From Myxococcota bacterium (lineage in GTDB: Bacteria > Myxococcota_C > UBA6777): a DNA stretch of 64,000 bases. Positions 37,057 through 43,802 of the stretch are shown piece after piece. Position 1 is the first letter of the stretch; each line of letters begins with the position of its first letter. The stretch is from assembly GCA_023150835.1 (NCBI GenBank), contig JAKLKB010000021.1, positions 63 to 64,062 of the forward strand. The letters are read 5' to 3'. Under the pieces are notes generated by a model. The model was given only the letters and a program-made list of their open reading frames with translations, made no database searches and was not told where the DNA came from. The position numbers and the translations under genes are program-made.

Positions 37057-39018
37057 ATGTCTATTCAATTCGGCAGCTTGAATCCCGCTCAGATCGCACA
37101 AAACTTTATGTCGATGTCGACCCAAGGTGCTTCGGCTCCTACAGGTGGCCTGATGAACGCTGTGCAAGGTGCCAGCAACATGATGCAAGGCATCTTGGGC
37201 GGCGCGAGCGCATTTGCAGCAGGCGGTGCATTTGCATTTGGTGGCGCGTTTGGATTCGGCGCAGCAGGCGCAGCATCGGGCTTTTTGAATCCCCCCAACC
37301 AATCCTCGGTCCAAAATGGATTCTCTCAAATGGTGGGCGGTGGTTTGGCAGGTCTGAACCAAGGCTGGAACGCGATGGGCAATATGTTGTCTGGCGCGAT
37401 GGGCGCGATGGGCGGTCTGGGTGGCGGTCTCTCTGGCATGATGGGCCAGATGATGAACACCATGAAGATGATCGGCGGGATGTTGAACCTCGTCGGTGGC
37501 TTGATGAAGATGGCGCAAGATCTCAAAAACGCAGCCAATCCCGCCACCACCGGCCAACCCACCGGCCAACCCCAAATGCCCAGCATCCAAAATATGCCCG
37601 GCGCACAACCCGGCAACAAGGCCAACTTCCCCGGTCAAGCAGGCTCCGACTTTCTCAACAAACTCCCCAATGATCCGAACGGTGTGGCTCGCCAACTCAA
37701 CGTCAGCGGTAGCTCCGATGTGAAGCACATCAACAACGCTGTCGGCAAACTCAAGACCGCCAAACCGACGTTGACCCCCGCTCAAGAAGGCCAAAAGCCC
37801 GGCAAAGCACAACTCCAACTTTCTCAAGCCGATGTCGATGCGATCCGCAGCGCACCCAGCGACAAAGCCGCCAAAGAACTCGTGATGAAAGCCATCGCGA
37901 AACAAACGGGCGTCAACGTCAAAGACATCAACATGGAAGACAAAAACGGTATCCGCAACAACTCCAACCGTGAAGCCCTCAACAAACTTCTCGGCACCAA
38001 CGTTCGCAGCGGTGTGGAGAAAAACTCGGGTTCTTCGTTGGCTCTTGATTCGATCGCTGAAAGCGTTGCCAAATCGGTGCGCGGCGGTGACTTTGGTTCT
38101 ACTCAAGTCCAAACCCCCGGCCAGATGGTGATCGCAGGCGGTGCATGGGGCGGCGCTGTGGCCGGTGGATTCGGCGGTGGATTCGGTCAAGTCGGTGAAG
38201 AAGGCGGATTCGCAGGTTCCTATGGTGGCGCGTTTGGCGGTGCGTGGGGTGGTGCTGCATTGGGCGCATTCTTCGTCCCCGGCCAAACCCAAAACATCCC
38301 CAACCCCTCTTCGGGCCTCAACGTTGATCTGGCCGCTTTCACAGGCGCAGCCGAAGAAGTCGGCAAGTTGGCTTCTCCCTTGATCTTTGACCTCGCAGGC
38401 ACCGGCCTTGACCTCAAAGGCGGCGGCATGATCGAAGTCGATATCGATGGCGACGGCAAGATGGAACTGATCACCGATATCGATGCAGAAAACGGTCTTT
38501 TGGTGTTCGATTCGACGGGCGCTGGCCTCGGCGTGATCACGGGTGCTGATATGTTCGGAGACAACACCGACCTCAGCAAATACGGCGTCAAAGCCCCCAC
38601 CCAAGACGGCAAGTTCAAAGACGGATTCCAAGCCCTCCGTGCGCTGTGCGAACACTTCAAACTGGTGAATGACACCAAGCAATACCTCGATCAAGGCGAC
38701 CTCGCTTTCCTCGAAAGCAAGATCGGTCTGCGTATGCGCGTCGGTGGTGTGGTCTCGGGTGATGACCGTCAATTCGCCGAGATCGGCGTCTCCGAGATCA
38801 ACCTCGGAAACCCCGCCCAAACCCAACACCTCGATGATGCCAAGACCGACCGTTGGGGCAACAAACTGATGCTCCAAGATGGCGCAACCTTCACCGTTTA
38901 CTCCGAAGTCCGCAAGTACGCCGATATCTGGTTCAAGATCCAAGCTCGCCTCGGCGACACCGTGGCCAAACCCGAACTCAAGCCCTTCTCCAAAGCTCAA
39001 CTCATGAACCTCCGCTAA
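37057..39018 (+). CDS. Gly/Met/Gln-rich protein without a signal peptide, with a C-terminal DxDxDG calcium-binding-type module (harpin-like composition)
   Basis: ATG 37057 is preceded by AAGGAG at a spacing of 8 nt. The N-terminal 180 aa are of the type GGAFAFGGAFGFGAAG...GGLSGMMGQMMNTMKMIGGMLNLVGGLMKM. The C-terminal region is SPLIFDLAGTGLDL...VDIDGDGKMEL...NGLLVFDSTGAG...ADMFGDNT...DGFQAL. This resembles, from memory, a module seen in RTX-type calcium-binding exoproteins. The protein has a single Cys. Confidence 0.8.
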   Translation: MSIQFGSLNPAQIAQNFMSMSTQGASAPTGGLMNAVQGASNMMQGILGGASAFAAGGAFAFGGAFGFGAAGAASGFLNPPNQSSVQNGFSQMVGGGLAGLNQGWNAMGNMLSGAMGAMGGLGGGLSGMMGQMMNTMKMIGGMLNLVGGLMKMAQDLKNAANPATTGQPTGQPQMPSIQNMPGAQPGNKANFPGQAGSDFLNKLPNDPNGVARQLNVSGSSDVKHINNAVGKLKTAKPTLTPAQEGQKPGKAQLQLSQADVDAIRSAPSDKAAKELVMKAIAKQTGVNVKDINMEDKNGIRNNSNREALNKLLGTNVRSGVEKNSGSSLALDSIAESVAKSVRGGDFGSTQVQTPGQMVIAGGAWGGAVAGGFGGGFGQVGEEGGFAGSYGGAFGGAWGGAALGAFFVPGQTQNIPNPSSGLNVDLAAFTGAAEEVGKLASPLIFDLAGTGLDLKGGGMIEVDIDGDGKMELITDIDAENGLLVFDSTGAGLGVITGADMFGDNTDLSKYGVKAPTQDGKFKDGFQALRALCEHFKLVNDTKQYLDQGDLAFLESKIGLRMRVGGVVSGDDRQFAEIGVSEINLGNPAQTQHLDDAKTDRWGNKLMLQDGATFTVYSEVRKYADIWFKIQARLGDTVAKPELKPFSKAQLMNLR

Positions 39019-39022
39019 TCAC

Positions 39023-39106
39023 CGCTTCTTTTTTCTGTCCCCCTCGCTTCTTTTTTCTGCCCCCCTTGCTTCTTTTCTCTCCCCCTCGCTTCTTTTCTCT
39101 CCCTTT
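39023..39106 (+). repeat. Four ~21 bp homopyrimidine tandem repeats immediately after the stop codon
   Basis: The four copies are cgcttcttttttctgtccccct, cgcttcttttttctgcccccct, tgcttcttttctctccccct and cgcttcttttctctcccttt. The top strand is almost entirely C/T. Confidence 0.9.
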
Positions 39107-39198
39107 CCGAACATGACGCCATTGACAAACAACCGATGTTCGCGGATGTCCAAGCGGCAGGGCTGTTTGTTTGAAGGGCGACCGCTTGTGCCGCCAAA

Positions 39199-39260
39199 CA
39201 TGGGGTCAAGGGGGCAAAGCTCTATGGCGGGGTCTGGGGTGAAACCCCACAAATCCCCGA
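39199..39260 (-). repeat. REP-like element, family 2 (inverted copy)
   Basis: The reverse complement reads ttgtggggtttcaccccagaccccgccatagagctttgcccccttgacccc. This aligns with 10101-10152. Confidence 0.7.
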
Positions 39261-39389
39261 CAGGTCGTCCAGATCCAAACAGAACGTATACCGCGAAGGG
39301 CAGGCTTGCATTTTGGGGGCGGATCGGGTATCAAGGGCAGTCTGTCCGATGCACACAAACGAATCGACCGAGCGAAGGAGGCGTGTCCC

Positions 39390-39926
39390 ATGCGTTTAGA
39401 AAACGAAGATATCATCCATCAGCCCGCAGAGATCGTGTACCCCTTGGTGCGCGATCAGATGGTGAAACTGCTGCCTTATCTCCCCGATATCGATCGCATC
39501 GAAGTGATCAAACACGAGCGCATTTCTGAGACGCGTGTGGAAGTGATCAACAACTGGTACGCCAAAGCCAATGTGCCGTCGATGATCAAAAGCTTTGTCA
39601 AGCCCGAGCTTTTTTCGTGGAAAGACTTTGCGTTATGGAAAGACGACGAGTTCTGCGTGGACTATCGTTTGGAATCTTTTATGGGGGGTGGGATCTATGA
39701 TGCGCGTGGGACGAATTATTTTTCGCCCACAGGTGACGGCAAAACCCGCATTCGCGTGACGTGCGATATCACGATCTACCCTGAAAAGATCCCGGGTGTT
39801 CCGAGCTTTTTGGCGAAGAAGGTGTTGCCTACCATCGAGTCGACGATCCGCAAGATCATGGAACCGAACCTGACGAGCCTTGGCAAAGGCTTGACAGCCT
39901 ACTTTAACGATCCTGCAAACCGATAG
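39390..39926 (+). CDS. Hypothetical protein, possibly SRPBCC/START-like
   Basis: ATG 39390 is preceded by GAAGGAGG. The 178 aa product starts MRLENEDIIHQPAEIVYPLVRD, an opening typical of SRPBCC-fold proteins. The assignment is weak. Confidence 0.55.
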   Translation: MRLENEDIIHQPAEIVYPLVRDQMVKLLPYLPDIDRIEVIKHERISETRVEVINNWYAKANVPSMIKSFVKPELFSWKDFALWKDDEFCVDYRLESFMGGGIYDARGTNYFSPTGDGKTRIRVTCDITIYPEKIPGVPSFLAKKVLPTIESTIRKIMEPNLTSLGKGLTAYFNDPANR

Positions 39927-39935
39927 GCGGCAACC

Positions 39936-40181
39936 ATGTGGATGGGTGTATTGTGGATCCTCTTTGGTGTGGTGGTGATCCTTGCGCCATGGCTTGGGCA
40001 ACGGGCGTTTTTGTTGCCTGTGATCGATATCAGCGTGGGGTGGGTGATCTTGTTGATGGGGGTTTTTCGCGTGTATGTCGGATGGCGTATGGAAAAGCAG
40101 CGAGAAAAAGCCGAAGAGATCCGACGACTGCGCCGAGAGCATACGCATACTGCAAGCGAACGCGATGAGAAGGACGCTTAA
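39936..40181 (+). CDS. Small two-TM membrane protein
   Basis: 81 aa. The two hydrophobic helices are VLWILFGVVVILAPWL and VGWVILLMGVFRVYVGW, followed by a charged tail. The gene starts 10 nt after the previous gene. Confidence 0.5.
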   Translation: MWMGVLWILFGVVVILAPWLGQRAFLLPVIDISVGWVILLMGVFRVYVGWRMEKQREKAEEIRRLRREHTHTASERDEKDA

Positions 40182-40205
40182 ATCGAGTCGCATGGGCGGT
40201 AGCTT

Positions 40206-41300
40206 ATGACGTCGTTGTCCTCAAAAGACCAACTCACCGCAACAGACGCTTCGCTTGGGCAACAACCCGTTTTGTTTTTTCAAGGGCGGATCTTGCCGCC
40301 CGGGGAACCCCCGTCGTACGCGGGTGATATCACAGAACGCGGCTACTTGCGGTTGTTGTATTTGTTGGCGGTAGGAGAACGAACGGGGCGTTTGCGTTTG
40401 CAACGCGGCAAAGAACAGATCGATTTGTTCTTTCAAAAGGGACAGCCCGTGTATGCGGCATCCGATCGTCCAGAGTATCGGTTGGGGGAGGTGGTGTTTC
40501 GTTTGGGACTGTTGGAGCGCAATCGCTTGAGCCTTGCGATCCAAAGCGCACGGCGTCAAAGCCAAGCACTCGGCCAGATCCTCTTGCGCGAAGGCTACCT
40601 CACAGGGCCGCAGATCCGACACGCCCTGAATCTCCAGCTAAAAGAGCGGATACTCCAAGGTTTTGAATGGCGCGAGGGGCGTTACTTGTTTTTCCAAGAT
40701 CAGCGCCTTGCCGCAGAGATCCCCACCGATCTGGACTTTTGGGGCGCGCTCAAAGAAGGAGCTATGCTGCGGATGCCTGTTGAACGCTGTCAATCAGCAT
40801 TGTATCCGCTGCTTCACCGACGGCTTGCTCGCTCGCTTCACCCTCAACTCTCTGTTGAAGTGTTCTCTTTTTCTGAAAGGCTTCGTGATTTTTATCTGTC
40901 GATTACACAGATCGATTCTGTGGCAGACTGCATGGAAGTAGGTTTGCAAAAAAAGATCTTTTCGGAAGAAAGTTATCTGCGTTTTGTGTATCTGCTGTGG
41001 CAAACAGACTTGTTGTTGATCCGCGAGCCGCTGATAGGAGAGGTCACACGCCAAAAGCTGGCGCAGATCGAGCAAAAGATCTCCGAGATGCAGGAACAAA
41101 GTCGTTTGGAGCGACTTGGTTTGCGCCCGGGAGCGACTCCGTTGGAGATCCGACGCGCCTATCTCAAACAAGCCCGTCGTTTCCATCCCGATCAATGGCC
41201 TCCTCACATCCACCCAAGTGTCCGAAACAGAGCGGAGATCGCGTTTGCTCTGATCGGGGAAGCCTACCGACAATTGGCGGAAGGAGCGCGAAAACATTGA
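40206..41300 (+). CDS. J-domain protein with an N-terminal DUF4388-like domain
   Basis: The C-terminal J domain is LGLRPGATPLEIRRAYLKQARRFHPDQ (HPD motif). The N-terminal segment GDITERGYLRLLYLLAVGERTGRLRLQRGKEQIDLFFQKGQPVYA is typical of DUF4388 domains common in myxobacteria. Confidence 0.8.
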   Translation: MTSLSSKDQLTATDASLGQQPVLFFQGRILPPGEPPSYAGDITERGYLRLLYLLAVGERTGRLRLQRGKEQIDLFFQKGQPVYAASDRPEYRLGEVVFRLGLLERNRLSLAIQSARRQSQALGQILLREGYLTGPQIRHALNLQLKERILQGFEWREGRYLFFQDQRLAAEIPTDLDFWGALKEGAMLRMPVERCQSALYPLLHRRLARSLHPQLSVEVFSFSERLRDFYLSITQIDSVADCMEVGLQKKIFSEESYLRFVYLLWQTDLLLIREPLIGEVTRQKLAQIEQKISEMQEQSRLERLGLRPGATPLEIRRAYLKQARRFHPDQWPPHIHPSVRNRAEIAFALIGEAYRQLAEGARKH

Positions 41301-41313
41301 GAGAGAAAGCGAT

Positions 41314-43416
41314 TTAGCGAGGGGAGGAGGGGAGGCTATCTGCGATGATCTCGGCGATATCGCGGGCTTTGACGTCTTCAGCGCCGAGGTCGTTGAGTCC
41401 ATCGCGGATCATGGTGAGGCAGAAGGGGCAGTTGGTGGCGACGGTGGTTGCGCCTGTTTGGACGATCTCCTTGACGCGGTTGTGGTTGATCCGCTCGCCT
41501 GTGTGTTCTTCGAGCCACATACGTCCACCGCCAGCGCCACAGCAGAAGCTTTGTTTGCGGTTTCGTTCGAGTTCTTTGACTTGGAGTCCGGGGACGCTGT
41601 GCAGGACGTGGCGCGGTTGGTCGTAGACTTCGTTGTATCGGCCCATATAGCATGAATCGTGGTAGGTGACGAGTTCGTGGAAGTCTTGGTTGGGTTGGAT
41701 GCGCTTGTCCTTGATCAGCTCGGCGATCAGTTGACTGTGATGGAAGGTCTCGTAGGAGACGCCAAATTGCGTGTATTCGTTTTTGATCACGTTGAAACAG
41801 TGGGGGCAGTGCGTGAAGACTTTGCGCACCTTGTGTTTTTCGAATTGCTCGATATTGGCTTTGGCGAGCATTTGGAACAGCATCTCGTTTCCAAGGCGGC
41901 GGGCTGTATCGCCGTTGCAGGTCTCTTTTTTCCCGAGGATGGCGTAGTTGACGCCCGCAGCTTGGAGGATCTTGGCGAGTGCGATCGATACTTTCTTTTG
42001 GCGATCGTCATACGCGCCCGCACATCCGACATACCAGAGGTATTCGAAGTTGGGATTGGTGTCGACGGTTGGGATCTGGATGTCGGTTTCTTGGGTCCAT
42101 TTGTCGCGTTCCATCGCGTTGACGCCCCAAGGATTGCCTTGGGTTTCCATGCCCTTAAAGACATTGACGGCTTCTTCGGGGAATTCTGCGCGGACCAGTA
42201 CGTCGTTGCGGCGCAGATCGATGATGCGAGGGACTTGCTCGATGAAAAGCGGACAAGCGGACTCACACCAACCGCAGGTTGTACAAGACCACACGGTTTC
42301 TTGAGAGATCACATCAGGTTCCATCGAAGGGAGAGTGTCGATCTTTCCTGCGAGGATGGCGTCTGCGGACTTCATCAAGTGCTCGCGGATGGTCAGGTTG
42401 AGTCCTTTATGAGACAGCGGCTTATCGGTGATATAGGTTGGACAGTGCGTCAGACAACGGCCACATTCGGTACAAGAATAGGTATCAAGAGCTTGTTTCC
42501 AAGAAAGCCGTGTGGCGTTGCTGATGCCCACACGTTCGAGGTCTTCTTCGGTGGCCTCTTCAAAGTCGATCCCCGGGCTTGGGAGCTGCCCGTTCGGGCG
42601 GATGCGTTGAAAAAAGACGGTTGCAAGGCCGGTGATGACGTGAAAGTGCTTGCCGATCGGGAGAAAGTTGAGAAACACCAAGAGCAGGCTACAGTGCGCC
42701 CAATAGCCAAAGGCCCCTGCTTGGTAGGCTGTTTGGCCCGATATCCCGAGGAGATGAAACAGGCCCACTCCGATACTCAGAGCAGGATGAGACAGGCCAA
42801 CGTGCGCGTCTTTGATCGCCCCCGAGATCACCATCCCAGCCTCAAACATCACTTCCGTCACCATCAGGCTCTGAATGAACAGGATGATCAAGACGCCCTC
42901 AAAGGACTCGCTCATCCGCGCAGGCTTTTTGAAAAGACGAAGGTACAAGAAATAACTCGCCCCAAGAAAAGCGAGGATCACCACGATATCTTTGAGAAAA
43001 AGATACAGCTTTCCGCTGAGACTGTCTGGCCCAAGAAGCGGAAAATGGAAAGAAAAACCACCATAAGCCATCGCAAAGATCGTCAGCGTTCGGATGCTGA
43101 GTACCAAAAAAGCTGTAAAGATCAGGATGTGTGCAAAGCCGATGGTTTCTTCGTTTTTGTCCATCATTCGGCCTTGGCCGAGGCCAAAACGCAGCAAGCG
43201 CTTGGTGCGCTCGCCGATCTGTTGAAATGCCGAAGCGTCGTGGCGCATCTTGAACAGGATACGCATACGCTTGTTCATTAGGTAGCCAAAGACAGCGAGA
43301 GAAATCAGCAGCATCACACTCATAATCAGAGGGTGGGTGGTCTGAGAAAGGGCAGTGGGGGCTTGCGCTGCCGCCAACCAAAAAGGCAAGAACAACGCTG
43401 TGATCGGTGTTGGCAT
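41314..43416 (-). CDS. Membrane-anchored Fe-S oxidoreductase (HdrD/GlcF/DsrK-like; 2x[4Fe-4S] plus CCG domains)
   Basis: The N-terminus has multi-TM helices. Ferredoxin motifs are CTECGRCLTHCP and CTTCGWCESACP. CCG-type cysteine motifs are YVGCAG...TCNGD and YHDSCY...FCCGAGGG. ATG 43416 is preceded by AAGGAG. Confidence 0.85.
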   Translation of the reverse strand: MPTPITALFLPFWLAAAQAPTALSQTTHPLIMSVMLLISLAVFGYLMNKRMRILFKMRHDASAFQQIGERTKRLLRFGLGQGRMMDKNEETIGFAHILIFTAFLVLSIRTLTIFAMAYGGFSFHFPLLGPDSLSGKLYLFLKDIVVILAFLGASYFLYLRLFKKPARMSESFEGVLIILFIQSLMVTEVMFEAGMVISGAIKDAHVGLSHPALSIGVGLFHLLGISGQTAYQAGAFGYWAHCSLLLVFLNFLPIGKHFHVITGLATVFFQRIRPNGQLPSPGIDFEEATEEDLERVGISNATRLSWKQALDTYSCTECGRCLTHCPTYITDKPLSHKGLNLTIREHLMKSADAILAGKIDTLPSMEPDVISQETVWSCTTCGWCESACPLFIEQVPRIIDLRRNDVLVRAEFPEEAVNVFKGMETQGNPWGVNAMERDKWTQETDIQIPTVDTNPNFEYLWYVGCAGAYDDRQKKVSIALAKILQAAGVNYAILGKKETCNGDTARRLGNEMLFQMLAKANIEQFEKHKVRKVFTHCPHCFNVIKNEYTQFGVSYETFHHSQLIAELIKDKRIQPNQDFHELVTYHDSCYMGRYNEVYDQPRHVLHSVPGLQVKELERNRKQSFCCGAGGGRMWLEEHTGERINHNRVKEIVQTGATTVATNCPFCLTMIRDGLNDLGAEDVKARDIAEIIADSLPSSPR

Positions 43417-43802
43417 GAGGGCGCGACTCCTTACGTTGGGGGGGGGACGGATCTTCTGAAAACTATCCTTGTGCGTTTCAGGTTCGTGACAAACTGCGGT
43501 GGTTATAGGCTGTTTGTGCATCTCGGTCAAGGCTCTGTTTGTTCGGGATGAATCTCGATTCAGAGCGGGCAGAGAAGGCGCGATGGGTTTGTGGTGAGGG
43601 AGTGTTGCGGGAGAGTGGGAGGGGGTGGTGCGGAGCGGATAGCGGTGGTTGGGTGAGGAGGAGGCTTGCTTTTGGTGTGGGCGTCAGTTATAACGATCGA
43701 CTGTTGTGACCCCGCAAAACCGAGAGATACGCGCCTCAAAAGACGCAAGGTTGCGTTGGATATTGGGGCCGATAGAAAACGCTGAGGCGGAAGGAATAAT
43801 GG

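Noticed and set aside
36864-37673. A 269 aa ORF overlapping the start of the Gly/Met-rich gene in another frame
   Set aside because: It has Arg/Trp-rich shadow composition and no RBS. The overlapping frame that starts at 37057 has a strong RBS and a recognisable C-terminal domain.
37030-39000. A 656 aa ORF on the minus strand, almost exactly antisense to the 653 aa Gly/Met-rich gene. Similar long antisense ORFs are 26699..28462, 41659..43281, 48942..50306, 62190..63167, 6761..7837, 7435..8544 and 17440..18510.
   Set aside because: For the two pairs I checked (37030..39000 and 62190..63167), the antisense codons are in phase with the sense codons. Such frames stay open whenever the sense gene avoids TTA, CTA and TCA, which is expected for GC-biased codon usage. 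The translations have the typical shadow composition (D/E/G/V/H- or P/R/S-rich) with no motifs. The sense genes have RBSs and clear family motifs.
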